Shown here in pieces: positions 10,110-19,830 of a stretch of DNA of 64,000 bases (its first letter is position 1; each line of letters begins with the position of its first letter). A program made the position numbers and the translations under genes. The notes beneath the pieces are model-generated. The model did no database searches, was not told the DNA's origin, and saw only the letters and a list, made by a program, of their open reading frames with translations. The DNA comes from an uncultured Candidatus Actinomarina sp. (GTDB taxonomy: Bacteria; Actinomycetota; Acidimicrobiia; Actinomarinales; Actinomarinaceae), in the NCBI GenBank assembly GCA_902610815.1, contig CACLXG010000002.1, positions 834-64,833 on the forward strand. Direction: 5' to 3'.

Positions 10110-10775
10110 ATGAAAGATATAAAAATTACAGATAATCATCCTGTAAAAAAAAGAAAGACACTCGGACCTATTGGAAGGTTTCTTTTAAAACTTGTTAATT
10201 GGAATATAGTTGGTAATTTACCTGATAAAAAAAGAATTATAATCGCATCAGCACCACACTCATCTACTTTCGATGCCATTTATGCCTATTTTGTTTGTTT
10301 AGCAGTAGATTTAAAATTTTACTTTCTTGGTTCCGTTTCAATGTTTACGCGTATTGTTGTACCGCTTCCATTTAAAAAAAACCCAGATAAACTAGGCATA
10401 CCTCATCCTTTCGGAAAAATTCAAAATAAACTACTCCTTGAATTTGGAGGAATACCTGTATGGAGAGCAAAGCCAACAGGCGTTACACAACAGGTGATTG
10501 AACAATTAAAAACAAAAGAGAAATTTATTTTATATTTAACTGTTGAAGGTGAGATGAAAACAAACCAAACCATAAAAAGTGGTTTTCATTATATTGGAAA
10601 AGCATTGGATGCCACTGTTGTTCCAACCAAGATAGATTATAAAAACCGAAGATTCCAACTAATGGAAGTTTTAGAACTTACAGACTCAGTCGAGGCAGAT
10701 AAAGAAGCATTAATGGACAGGTATCATTTAGTTCAAGGTAAAAACAAAACATTTTTTAAGCCAGGTTCAAAATAA
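10110..10775 (+). CDS. acyltransferase (PlsC/LPLAT-like)
   Basis: HSSTFD matches the HX4D motif; EGEM-type second block (VEGEMK). Confidence 0.5.
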   Translation: MKDIKITDNHPVKKRKTLGPIGRFLLKLVNWNIVGNLPDKKRIIIASAPHSSTFDAIYAYFVCLAVDLKFYFLGSVSMFTRIVVPLPFKKNPDKLGIPHPFGKIQNKLLLEFGGIPVWRAKPTGVTQQVIEQLKTKEKFILYLTVEGEMKTNQTIKSGFHYIGKALDATVVPTKIDYKNRRFQLMEVLELTDSVEADKEALMDRYHLVQGKNKTFFKPGSK

Positions 10776-10776
10776 T

Positions 10777-10914
10777 ATGTTAGTAATCTTAATTACAATC
10801 ATTGGATCTATAACGCTTCTATATCTTTTTCCTAATATGACAATGTTGTTTTCAATAATTGTTGTTATTCTCTCAGTAAGATGGTTATTGTATAACAACA
10901 AATTTTACGAATGA
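10777..10914 (+). CDS. possible 45-aa membrane micro-protein
   Basis: Hand-translated ATG..TGA (MLVILITIIGSITLLYLFPNMTMLFSIIVVILSVRWLLYNNKFYE). Two hydrophobic helices. ATGA overlap with the next gene fills an otherwise empty gap. Confidence 0.3.
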   Translation: MLVILITIIGSITLLYLFPNMTMLFSIIVVILSVRWLLYNNKFYE

Positions 10915-12059
10915 AAAAAACATTAATTTTATTAGTTCTGATCTCTTTTTGTGGTGGAACAACAGATACAGGTCCAGTAACAATAGAAGACACTCCTGTA
11001 GAAGATAGTGAAGTAACTTCTGAGTCTCAAAATGAAAATGAGAAAGAAGTAGCAGAGTCAAAAAAAACTTCTAATGAAGATACAACTGTAGCCGATGAAG
11101 AAACTTCTGATGAAAATACAGCTGTTTCAGCAAATAAAATATTATGGGGAGCTACAGATGCAAAGCCAGAAGTTTATGCTGCAGCCGATGTATCACAAGC
11201 AACCATTGATCTTACTGTTGAGTGGGTAAACAAAGCAATTGGATATTGGGGTAGCTACGGACCACTTGAAATATGGATTGTCGGCACTGGTAAAGATGAA
11301 GTAATAGCTTTAGATGAAAAATGGTGCGAAGTTCGATCAACAAAAGATCCAAATTGGAATAAAGAATGGGATTGCGCTAATGGAGATCCTTATGGAAGTG
11401 GTGATGGTTGGTCACCTTTTTATAGGTATATAAATGATGGAGGAGCTGCAGTTAGTTCATATATTAGCGATCATCTAGGATATTATTTTAACGCTCTCAT
11501 TATGTCATCTAAGTATCCAGGTCCTGAAGAAGAAGATTATAAACCAGTAATATTGCATGAATATTTTCATGTTTATCAGCATGGAAATTTATCGATACCC
11601 GAATTACCGGACACAGATGGTGACTGGAGAACAAGTAACAGAAATGTATATTTTAACGGTGGAGAAGTACAGGTGCCTTTTTTGATGGAGGGTGGAGCAG
11701 AATATATGGCACAGTATTGGTACTCCAAAGAGACTGGTGTAGACGCAGGGTACTTGAAACGAGTAATGGAATATAAAGCAGAAGCAATTAAGCCTTACTT
11801 CAATACCGGTAAAAGCTTAAGAGAGTTAGGTTATGATGAAGAATTTAATTCCTATGACATTCTTACATGGTTTGTTGCTTATTTGGTTCATAACACAAGT
11901 GAAGAAACTTTTAGAGTTAACTTTTGGACACAAATTGAAGATCTTGGTTTTGAAGAAGCTTTTAAAACTAATTTTGGGAAATCAGCTGACGATATGATTG
12001 CTGAGTTTGATACATGGGTTGCACAGCCAATTGATGTTCTTTTGGAGATAATTCCTTAA
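10911..12059 (+). CDS. secreted lipoprotein with HExxH motif (putative zinc metallopeptidase)
   Basis: Signal peptide with LISFC lipobox, acidic low-complexity linker, HEYFH in ILHEYFHVYQH. Confidence 0.45.
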   Translation: MKKTLILLVLISFCGGTTDTGPVTIEDTPVEDSEVTSESQNENEKEVAESKKTSNEDTTVADEETSDENTAVSANKILWGATDAKPEVYAAADVSQATIDLTVEWVNKAIGYWGSYGPLEIWIVGTGKDEVIALDEKWCEVRSTKDPNWNKEWDCANGDPYGSGDGWSPFYRYINDGGAAVSSYISDHLGYYFNALIMSSKYPGPEEEDYKPVILHEYFHVYQHGNLSIPELPDTDGDWRTSNRNVYFNGGEVQVPFLMEGGAEYMAQYWYSKETGVDAGYLKRVMEYKAEAIKPYFNTGKSLRELGYDEEFNSYDILTWFVAYLVHNTSEETFRVNFWTQIEDLGFEEAFKTNFGKSADDMIAEFDTWVAQPIDVLLEIIP

Positions 12060-12277
12060 CGAAATTTATCGAAAAAACCTTTTCGCCAGACATATCCAAT
12101 CACAACTGTGAGTAAAATACCTGCAAAAAAAGGTGGTATTCGGGACAGTAGTAAAACAAATGCTATAAGAACTAAGGCATAATCCACATATGTCCAAAAT
12201 TTACTAGTCATTTTTGGAATTAAATTGAAGTATCTAAGAATTGAAACTGCAATAATTCCAGTTAATAAATAATACAT
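12056..12277 (-). CDS. small membrane protein
   Basis: 73 aa with 2 TM segments. Confidence 0.4.
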   Translation of the reverse strand: MYYLLTGIIAVSILRYFNLIPKMTSKFWTYVDYALVLIAFVLLLSRIPPFFAGILLTVVIGYVWRKGFFDKFR

Positions 12278-12314
12278 TTCTTTAATTATAGGTATTAATA
12301 AACTAAATTAAACA

Positions 12315-13154
12315 ATGTCAAAAACTGCAATCATTACTGGTGCAAATAAAGGAATAGGCTTAGCTGTTGCTAAGAGTTTAATTTCTAAAAATTATGAGGT
12401 TATTTTAGCTTGTAGAGATATTTCGAAAGGAAAAATGGCTCAAGAGTTTCTTGGCAGCAGTGCAAAATTTTTAGAATTAGATTTATCAAGACCTTCAAGT
12501 ATCTCACAATTTGTAAACCAGATTAATTCGGACTACTCGGAGATAGATGTTTTATACAATAATGCTGGATTAATTTATAGAGATTTTGAATTAACTGAAG
12601 AAGGTTATGAGTCAATGCTTGCGGTAAATTATTTTGGGGCATACAGGTTAGCTTTAATGTTGTTAGAAAATTTACACCGAAGGTCTGGAAGGATTGTTCA
12701 AGTTACAAGTCTTTCAATGTATTTGGCAAGAACATTTAAACTAGACAAATTACATTCTAAAGAATTATTCTCTCCAAGCAATAGGTATAACCTCACAAAC
12801 CTTCTTCGATCAATGTTTGCACTTGAGCTAGAAAATAAGCTTAAAAAAACATCTATTTCTGTTGCGGCTGCTCATCCCGGGGTCACAAAATCTAGAAAAT
12901 CTCGACCATATGAGGTAAAGAAAATAAAAAAGTCTTTTTATACTTATTTTTCCACGAATATAAAAACTGGTATTGCACCAATTATCAGAGCAATTGAAGA
13001 TGAAAATATTACAGCAGAACTTGTCTATGCTCCAAAAATATTAGGCATTTATGGGAAACCATCACTCATGAAATACAATAAATTAGTTTACAATCAAGAG
13101 TTAAGAGATAGGCTTTGGTCCTACACAGCAAATGAGCTTAATTTAGATATATGA
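12315..13154 (+). CDS. short-chain dehydrogenase/reductase
   Basis: TGANKGIG cofactor motif and NNAG block. Confidence 0.8.
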   Translation: MSKTAIITGANKGIGLAVAKSLISKNYEVILACRDISKGKMAQEFLGSSAKFLELDLSRPSSISQFVNQINSDYSEIDVLYNNAGLIYRDFELTEEGYESMLAVNYFGAYRLALMLLENLHRRSGRIVQVTSLSMYLARTFKLDKLHSKELFSPSNRYNLTNLLRSMFALELENKLKKTSISVAAAHPGVTKSRKSRPYEVKKIKKSFYTYFSTNIKTGIAPIIRAIEDENITAELVYAPKILGIYGKPSLMKYNKLVYNQELRDRLWSYTANELNLDI

Positions 13155-13456
13155 TAATAATTCAAACCACAATAGATGAAGACAAGAAAGCCAAAGATTT
13201 AATTAGTCTACTTCTTGAAACAAACAAGATTGCATGTGGAACTTTTCATGAAATACAATCTTCCTACACATGGAAAGAAGAATTAATAGAAGAGTCTGAA
13301 CTAGAGATATCTTTATATACTAAGGAGTCACTTATGCGTGAAGTTATAAATATCGTAAAGCAAAGACACCCATACGATCTTCCAAAAATTGCTGTTATCG
13401 AGCCGGTTTATACTCTACCTGAATATGAAGAATGGGTTAAAAATAGTACTACTTAA
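13151..13456 (+). CDS. cutA: divalent-cation tolerance protein CutA
   Basis: About 100 aa; CGT...SSYTWKEE...HPYDLP pattern typical of CutA1. Confidence 0.7.
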   Translation: MIIIQTTIDEDKKAKDLISLLLETNKIACGTFHEIQSSYTWKEELIEESELEISLYTKESLMREVINIVKQRHPYDLPKIAVIEPVYTLPEYEEWVKNSTT

Positions 13457-13931
13457 GGGACTCAAGATATCCAAATATCGAATAGTTATCTAAATTAATT
13501 TCTCGTACATTATGTTTATCTAAAGCCGCAACAATTTGTGCCCTATGCTCTGTAGCATGAAAAATCATCATAGATAATAAAACTGAAGCCTTTTGCGATC
13601 TAGTTCCTTTTGAGGTTTCATATGTAACCTCCCTATCCTCTTTATAAGCTTGCTCAATTAAACCATTATCAATTCCCTCAAGCTCAGAAAGTAGATTGTC
13701 AATTAAACCTGGGCTATCTATATCAAATTCAATTTTTGAAAATGGTTTTTCTTCCAATCTTTGGCCATAAAGATATGAAGCTGCAGTGATATGAACCATT
13801 ATTGTTCTCACTGTCCATTCTTTATCAACAACATAGTAATCAAGTACGTCTGGACCTAGCTTTTTAACTTCTTTAAAAATCTCTTGATTAGCCCAAGCCA
13901 TATGTTTTGCTAAAAGTTCAACAGATATCAT
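13449..13931 (-). CDS. DinB-family (DinB_2) four-helix metalloprotein
   Basis: Size and His pattern (HMAWAN, MVHITAA, FHATEHRAQI). Confidence 0.55.
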   Translation of the reverse strand: MISVELLAKHMAWANQEIFKEVKKLGPDVLDYYVVDKEWTVRTIMVHITAASYLYGQRLEEKPFSKIEFDIDSPGLIDNLLSELEGIDNGLIEQAYKEDREVTYETSKGTRSQKASVLLSMMIFHATEHRAQIVAALDKHNVREINLDNYSIFGYLESLK

Positions 13932-14224
13932 TTTTCCTCCAAATTTTCTATTCTTTTTTTTAATTCCCTCACTTCTACAGAAAGCACTTCAATAGCATCT
14001 ACATTTTTTGCAGATCGTATATACCTATCGTTTTGCCACTTTATTCCCCACTTAGTTAAACCAATACTAAAAATAGCAATAGGCAACACTACAAACAATC
14101 CAGCAAGTTCACCACTCAGTGCCACAGCTAACAACATGACACCAAACAAAAGGTACATAAAAGACATAACAACTTTTTCTATGGTCCGGGTAGTTTTTCT
14201 TTCGGTACTTTCTGTTGTACTCAT
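13928..14224 (-). CDS. small membrane protein with C-terminal coiled coil
   Basis: 98 aa with 2 TM segments and a charged tail. Confidence 0.4.
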   Translation of the reverse strand: MSTTESTERKTTRTIEKVVMSFMYLLFGVMLLAVALSGELAGLFVVLPIAIFSIGLTKWGIKWQNDRYIRSAKNVDAIEVLSVEVRELKKRIENLEEK

Positions 14225-14258
14225 AGTTAAAGAATACTTTATGATTTAAAATAGTTCT

Positions 14259-14672
14259 ATGAAGATAATTGTTGTTTGTACAGGAAACTCATGTCGTTCT
14301 CAAATGGCAGAAGGCTTAATCAAAAATAGATTTCCGGATTTTGAAGTATTTTCAGCAGGAACCCATCCTGAATCAAATGTTAATCCTTACGCTGTAAAAG
14401 TTATGCAAGAAAAAGGAATTGATATAAGCAGTCATTATCCAAAATTAGTAGATGATCTCATTGATACTGAATTTGATTATGCTTTAACAGTTTGTGATTC
14501 AGCAAATGAATTATGTCCAGTTTTTCCTAATGCAAAAAATAGAATACACAAATCTTTTGTTGACCCAAAGAGAGATCATTATGATTCAGAAGAACATGCT
14601 GTAGAGATATATACAGAGACGATGAACTTAATTGATGAATGGATTGATGAATTAGAAACCCAATGGGGGTAG
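14259..14672 (+). CDS. arsC: thioredoxin-coupled arsenate reductase / LMW-PTP family
   Basis: CTGNSCRSQMAEG P-loop plus the downstream Cys pair in VCDSANELCP. Confidence 0.8.
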   Translation: MKIIVVCTGNSCRSQMAEGLIKNRFPDFEVFSAGTHPESNVNPYAVKVMQEKGIDISSHYPKLVDDLIDTEFDYALTVCDSANELCPVFPNAKNRIHKSFVDPKRDHYDSEEHAVEIYTETMNLIDEWIDELETQWG

Positions 14673-14675
14673 CCT

Positions 14676-15833
14676 TTATCTAAATATCTCTCTTAAATAT
14701 TCTTTATTAGGGGGAGTAAATATTGTTTTAATAGTATTCTCAAATAATTTATGAAATAAAGGAAGTTGATTTTTCACTTCATTAGCAGTACTAATAGTGA
14801 ACTCATTATGCGGTAGGTCATATATATCACCATATCCCCATTCAGTTATTATTCCCCAAAATGCAAACTCTATAGAGGTAATTCTATTGAAATCATCAAT
14901 ATTCCCAGAGTTTTTGATTTCTTCATAACTTGAGATGTCATAAATATTTTTTTCAATCGCTTCATTCATAGCCAGGATGATTTCAGAGTTTGGATTTTCC
15001 CAATCCCACTCTGTAAATTCTAAAGCAAAAGCAACTCCTGTAACTGTGTGTAGTAAGTGTTCAACAACTTCTCCAATTTGATCATCGGCACTTGCATCAG
15101 GGTATTCCCAAATAAAGTCTGTATGATTATCTTCATAACCTTTTCCAGGGCAACAGTCTACACCTGGAGGATCAGAATCTAATCTATAGCGTTCGGGACC
15201 TTCATATCCGATTTTTTGGAAAACAGACTCATTCTTAACTGTTTGCAGGTAACTATTTCTTATATCTTGATCAATGTATTCACCTTCTTGGAGCATGAGG
15301 TAATATACTTCACTAACTTTATATATAAACTCATCTCCGACTTCCGGAAGGATAAACATTCGTAGACCTGCAACATCAATATATCTGTGATAATCAAGAA
15401 AAGAATCATCTTCAACTATTTCTCCTATAGATATAGTAGGCTCCAAAGCCTCTTCCTCTTTAACTTCAGCCTCTTCCTCTTTAACTTCAGCCTCTTCCTC
15501 TCTATCATCATTTTCATTAATTTTTACTTCGCATTCATCAATTAAAATATTAAATTCATTGAAAAAAGCTTCGTCATATCCGCCATCAAATTTTATTTGT
15601 ATTTCTGAAACTGTTATCTCAGGAGAAGGAAGGTTGCCGAGGCCTTTGCTTTCTAAACATTCGTAAATTTCAAATATAGGATAATCTAAAGGCCAGTCTA
15701 GGGTTTCAAACTTATCATTACTAACTTCTTCACTTGAGGAAGAATTAGAGCTTTCTCCATCAGATCCACAGGAAATTAGAAAGATTGTTAATAAAATAAG
15801 TACTTTTTTCAAACTAAAAATATTACTTTTCAT
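14676..15833 (-). CDS. acidic secreted lipoprotein of unknown function
   Basis: Start moved to MKSNIF... (signal peptide with LISCGS lipobox). Contains an EEAEVKE tandem repeat. Confidence 0.5.
   Translation of the reverse strand: MKSNIFSLKKVLILLTIFLISCGSDGESSNSSSSEEVSNDKFETLDWPLDYPIFEIYECLESKGLGNLPSPEITVSEIQIKFDGGYDEAFFNEFNILIDECEVKINENDDREEEAEVKEEEAEVKEEEALEPTISIGEIVEDDSFLDYHRYIDVAGLRMFILPEVGDEFIYKVSEVYYLMLQEGEYIDQDIRNSYLQTVKNESVFQKIGYEGPERYRLDSDPPGVDCCPGKGYEDNHTDFIWEYPDASADDQIGEVVEHLLHTVTGVAFALEFTEWDWENPNSEIILAMNEAIEKNIYDISSYEEIKNSGNIDDFNRITSIEFAFWGIITEWGYGDIYDLPHNEFTISTANEVKNQLPLFHKLFENTIKTIFTPPNKEYLREIFR
15448..15501. repeat. 21-bp in-frame tandem repeat, about 2.5 copies
   Basis: gcctcttcctctttaacttca repeated back to back. 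Encodes (EEAEVKE)n on the minus strand. Confidence 0.8.
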
Positions 15834-16821
15834 TGAATTGCTCTTTTCTGTAAAAGTTGAAAAAACAAAGAGTAGCAAAAGAACATAAGATATGCCATAT
15901 CATATGTGCTTGTATCCAAGAATCAGGATTACAAGATGGGTCTTCTGGAACTCCTGTAAGCCATATTGTATAGGCAGAATAAAAAGAGAGAAAACCAATC
16001 CAAAACCAAGGACTGTAGGATCTTTCTACCGTAACATTTTTCTCTATATTTGGTGTGAATGCTGGAAGAAAATAAAAAAGTACATGCCAGTTATCTAACG
16101 GGTTTTGAATTACATCAATTAATCTATTACCAAATAATTCTTGGACAATCAAAACTACAAATCCAGCTGATAAACGACCATAAAAATTTGGAAAACGAAC
16201 CAACACTTCAGTTGATAGCCATAATCCAATACTTACTTCAAAAATATCTAGACCAATACCAAGACCTGAACCAAAGTTCCAATAAGCAATTGCAAAATAA
16301 ATTAATATAGATAAGTAGATATAATAAAAAGTTTTTTGAGTAAAATTTGAAAGCCTTTTTAGGTTATAAATCCATAAAATTAGTATGTACGTCACCATAC
16401 TTACATTATCTAACCATGCTCCAAACTTAGTGTGAGTTCCGTGCATAGCCATTGAACCAGGACCTAGGAAAGTTGAAGCTGATGCATACAACAAAGCAAG
16501 GCTAGAAGAAGAAAACATTATTATCCCTTTAGGTGTTGTTGCATCTTTGCTTAATTTATAGAACATATAAAGGCCAGTAACAACAAAGCCTAAATTTCCC
16601 AATGTATTTACAGGCTCTCTAAAAAATCCTCCACTTACCCTTTCACACCATCTTGAAATTTCACCTATTGCCTGTTCATTTGCAGCTGAGGGACCCCACC
16701 CATTTGATCCAAATAAAATAAAAAGAAGTGCAGTGAAGATTACAGAATATAGAGCATAAGCAAAGTAATTGGGAGTTAAATTATTTTTTTGCTGCATTGA
16801 GTGCAGATTCCATATCCTCAA
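15823..16821 (-). CDS. polytopic membrane protein (ceramidase/hemolysin-III-like hydrolase is only a guess)
   Basis: About 7-8 TM segments with conserved-looking His residues (MAMHGTH, HMIWH). The start may be the internal MQQKN. Confidence 0.45.
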   Translation of the reverse strand: MRIWNLHSMQQKNNLTPNYFAYALYSVIFTALLFILFGSNGWGPSAANEQAIGEISRWCERVSGGFFREPVNTLGNLGFVVTGLYMFYKLSKDATTPKGIIMFSSSSLALLYASASTFLGPGSMAMHGTHTKFGAWLDNVSMVTYILILWIYNLKRLSNFTQKTFYYIYLSILIYFAIAYWNFGSGLGIGLDIFEVSIGLWLSTEVLVRFPNFYGRLSAGFVVLIVQELFGNRLIDVIQNPLDNWHVLFYFLPAFTPNIEKNVTVERSYSPWFWIGFLSFYSAYTIWLTGVPEDPSCNPDSWIQAHMIWHILCSFATLCFFNFYRKEQFNEK

Positions 16822-17947
16822 TCAAATCTTCAATATTTTCCAATCCGACTGAGATTCTAATTAAGTCAATAGGAGCACTTGCTTCGGTGTCTTGAGCTTT
16901 ATCATGAGTCATTAAATAAGGGAGCTCAATAAGTGTCTCAACTCCACCAAGGCTGACAGCAAGTTTGTATAAATCTAGCGATTGCCAAAATTTTTTTTGG
17001 TTAATATTCTCTTCCAAATAAAAACTCATCATTCCACCAAAATAATCCATTTGTTTGACTGCAATTTCATGATTCTCAAAACTACTTAACCCGGGGTATC
17101 TAATTTCTTTTATATGCTCAGAACTATCAAGATATTCTGCTAGTTTATGAGCATTTTCAGAATGAAGTTTTATTCTTGGTCCAAGTGTATATAGGCCTCT
17201 TTGTGCTAGGTAAGCATCAAAAGGAGACATAATTGCACCTCCTTGTCTCTGATAAAGCATCAAGGTTTCATGCAACTCAGGATCTTTGCACAATACAGCT
17301 CCCCCAAGCGTGTCGCTATGCCCACCAATATATTTTGTGGTAGAGTGCATAATAATATCTACACCATGTTCAAAAGGCCTTGTTACGAAGGGGGTTGAAA
17401 AAGTACTATCTGCAACTAATAAAGCCTCATATTGATGAACTAGGTCTGAGATTTTTTGCAAATCATATAGTTTCATTGATGGGTTTGATGGTGATTCTAT
17501 CCAAACGAGTTTAGTTTTTTCATTTAACAAATCATTTACAGCATCATAATCTGCAAAATCACAGAAATTTACTTCCACTCCACGATCTCTTATAATTTTA
17601 GAAAAGTAATTTGTAGTTCCACCATACACGTCTTTTGTTATTACAACATTGTCACCCGCTTTAGCCAGTTCAGCGATTATGCTTACTGCAGACATGCCTG
17701 AAGCCATTGCGAAAGCATGCTGCTCTTCATAGTTTTCAATACCTTCAAGAGAAGCTAATGTTCTTTCAAACAACTCTCTAGTTGGATTGTTGATTCTTCC
17801 ATAAAAGTAATCTGACTCACCTGGAACTTCATTTTTGTAGGTTGTAGAGAGATGAAGAGGAGGCATCACGTCTCCACTTATTGGTTCAAAACGTTTGTTA
17901 GTGTGTAGGGCTTTAGTATTCATCCCATACTTTTTAGATTTCCCCAT
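16781..17947 (-). CDS. Cys/Met-metabolism PLP enzyme (cystathionine gamma-synthase/lyase family)
   Basis: HSTTKYIGGHSD PLP-lysine motif; length is typical of MetB/MetC/MetZ. Confidence 0.8.
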   Translation of the reverse strand: MGKSKKYGMNTKALHTNKRFEPISGDVMPPLHLSTTYKNEVPGESDYFYGRINNPTRELFERTLASLEGIENYEEQHAFAMASGMSAVSIIAELAKAGDNVVITKDVYGGTTNYFSKIIRDRGVEVNFCDFADYDAVNDLLNEKTKLVWIESPSNPSMKLYDLQKISDLVHQYEALLVADSTFSTPFVTRPFEHGVDIIMHSTTKYIGGHSDTLGGAVLCKDPELHETLMLYQRQGGAIMSPFDAYLAQRGLYTLGPRIKLHSENAHKLAEYLDSSEHIKEIRYPGLSSFENHEIAVKQMDYFGGMMSFYLEENINQKKFWQSLDLYKLAVSLGGVETLIELPYLMTHDKAQDTEASAPIDLIRISVGLENIEDLIEDMESALNAAKK

Positions 17948-18006
17948 ACATCGAGTTTAAATGATTTGATTACACATTGGCTAAATAATTTTGCTAATTT
18001 AAATTT

Positions 18007-18429
18007 ATGATTAAAAAAATATATATTGCAGGTCCACTTTTTAATAAACATGAACAGATGTATCTAGAAGATATTGCAAAAGTATTAGAGGGAAATGGTT
18101 ATGATTGTTTTTTGCCACATAGAGACCAAACGGGCATAGACGAATCTGAACTTAAAGGAACGGATATGTCTCAAGAAACAAAAGATAGAATCTTTAAGAA
18201 TGACCTTGATGCACTTGAGGATGCTGATCTAACTGTCGCTTTGATAACTGGGCAAGACATAGATTCAGGCACTTCAGCAGAAATTGGCCACACTTATGCA
18301 AAGCAAAAGCCTGTAATTGCAATTAATGCTAATGAGAGAAGATATAGAAATCTATTTGTCGAGGGCATGTTGACTGTAACTGTAAATAATATAGATGAAA
18401 TAATTCCTGAAATTGAAAAATTAGGCTGA
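18007..18429 (+). CDS. nucleoside 2-deoxyribosyltransferase-like protein
   Basis: IYIAGPLF N-terminus and DSGTSAEIGHTYAKQKPVIAI block. Confidence 0.6.
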   Translation: MIKKIYIAGPLFNKHEQMYLEDIAKVLEGNGYDCFLPHRDQTGIDESELKGTDMSQETKDRIFKNDLDALEDADLTVALITGQDIDSGTSAEIGHTYAKQKPVIAINANERRYRNLFVEGMLTVTVNNIDEIIPEIEKLG

Positions 18430-19665
18430 AACTAAAAGATTTTTAAATCCCCTGATTCCAAAAGCACCAGTTCTTGAAGGCTCTTCTATTAAGCTGAACT
18501 GTTTTTCAAGTATATGGTTGAAGGACACTCCTAGCTCTAATCTTGCCAAATGGGTACCAATACAGAAATGTATACCCCCACCCCAACTACTGTGATCTTT
18601 CATTTCACGCTTGAAGTTTATCTGATCAGGATTTTCGAATACTCTGGGATCTCTATTTGCAGAACCAAGCAGTATTGCAACTTTCGACCCTTTACTGATA
18701 TTGTGTCCACCAATCTCTACATCTTCTAGTGCATATCTCTGAAAAAACTGTAATGGACTATCGTATCTAATTAATTCTTCTACAATGTCATTTATGTCTT
18801 CAGCTTCTTTTTTTATTTCATCAAAAGATTGATCTAGTGTAAGTAGTGCATGAAGTCCGTTTCCAAGTGTGTTAACAGTTGCTTCATGACCTGCGTTTAG
18901 AAGTAAAATAACAGTACAAATAATTTGATCATCAGTGAGATAATTATTGTCTTCAGAAACCTGTGACAACCTTGTTATCATGTCATCTTCTGGATGCTTT
19001 CTTCTTTTATCAAGTAAGTTTTGCGTATACTCAATAAATTGTTTTGCTGCCTCCTCTGCGTTATTAGCATTTTCTGCAGTAACTTCAAAGTCGTACATTT
19101 TTACAATTTTATGTGACCAATCCAGAAATTTTAAATGATCACTTTCAGGCACTCCTAAAAGCTTTCCAATAATGCTTACTGAATAGGGCTGTGCATAATC
19201 TTTTAACATATCGAATTCTGTACCTTTATTTTTTTCAAATAAATCGTTGGATTTTTCTTCCATGTAGGGGACTAATTGTTGAACTGATCTCGGTAAAAAA
19301 GCTTTTGCTACTAAACCACGAAGCTCTTTATGAAGCTGACCTTCAAGATTTAATAATGAAAATTCTTCAGATTTCCAGAAATTGTCATAAGTTGCATATT
19401 TATCAGACCTTTTATACCCAACAAATGTAAGTGGAATGTCTGTTTCTGATAATTCCTCCTCAAAACCTTCAATATGATTAAAAGTTGTACCGAATGTTTT
19501 AGTAGATTGAATAGTTCTAACATCTTCATAACGAGTAAAAAAATAAAGACCATTTATTTCGTCCCAAAAAACAGAAGTGTCTTCTCTAAATTGTCCCATT
19601 ATTTTATATGGATTTTTAATAAATTCCATATCTTCTGTCGGCAGGTGCAACTTTGGAATGCTCAT
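18421..19665 (-). CDS. cytochrome P450
   Basis: Heme loop WGGGIHFCIGTHLA, I-helix LLLNAGHEAT, EELIRY (ExxR). Confidence 0.85.
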   Translation of the reverse strand: MSIPKLHLPTEDMEFIKNPYKIMGQFREDTSVFWDEINGLYFFTRYEDVRTIQSTKTFGTTFNHIEGFEEELSETDIPLTFVGYKRSDKYATYDNFWKSEEFSLLNLEGQLHKELRGLVAKAFLPRSVQQLVPYMEEKSNDLFEKNKGTEFDMLKDYAQPYSVSIIGKLLGVPESDHLKFLDWSHKIVKMYDFEVTAENANNAEEAAKQFIEYTQNLLDKRRKHPEDDMITRLSQVSEDNNYLTDDQIICTVILLLNAGHEATVNTLGNGLHALLTLDQSFDEIKKEAEDINDIVEELIRYDSPLQFFQRYALEDVEIGGHNISKGSKVAILLGSANRDPRVFENPDQINFKREMKDHSSWGGGIHFCIGTHLARLELGVSFNHILEKQFSLIEEPSRTGAFGIRGFKNLLVSA

Positions 19666-19774
19666 AAAATAATTATATTGGCATAGTTATTGAGTTGAAA
19701 CCAAAATTAAAACAATATAAAAAATTAAAGATGAAACTCTTTTATGTATTGTGTAAAATATTTATAATTAGTTT

Positions 19775-19810
19775 CAATGTTTAAAAGGTAACCATTGTTA
19801 AAAAAACCTA
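19775..19810 (+). promoter_or_regulatory. candidate preQ1-I-like riboswitch aptamer (copy A), leader of ecfA1
   Basis: CAATG/CATTG stem. Loop AGGT is complementary to ACCT after a 7-A tract. GUAAC-P1-UUAAAAAAAC resembles class-I preQ1 aptamers. Second copy at 21548. Confidence 0.5.
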
Positions 19811-19830
19811 TTTAAAAAAAAAGAGGTTTT

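Noticed and set aside
10835-10870. ACAATGTTGTTTTCAATAATTGTTG, which superficially resembles the riboswitch stem motif CAATGTT...ATTGTT.
   Set aside because: It lacks the A-tract and pseudoknot partner, lies inside a probable micro-ORF, and is plausible chance similarity in A+T-rich DNA.
15448-15501. Short tandem repeat considered as a possible CRISPR-like or regulatory array.
   Set aside because: It has only about 2.5 contiguous copies with no spacers. It lies entirely in-frame inside a lipoprotein gene, where it encodes an acidic linker.
19775-19810. Reading the hairpin plus A-run elements at 19775 and 21548 as intrinsic terminators.
   Set aside because: The run after the hairpin is A on the plus strand, so there is no U-tract for plus-strand transcripts. 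On the minus strand the T-run precedes the hairpin. Neither orientation gives a terminator, and no minus-strand gene ends here.
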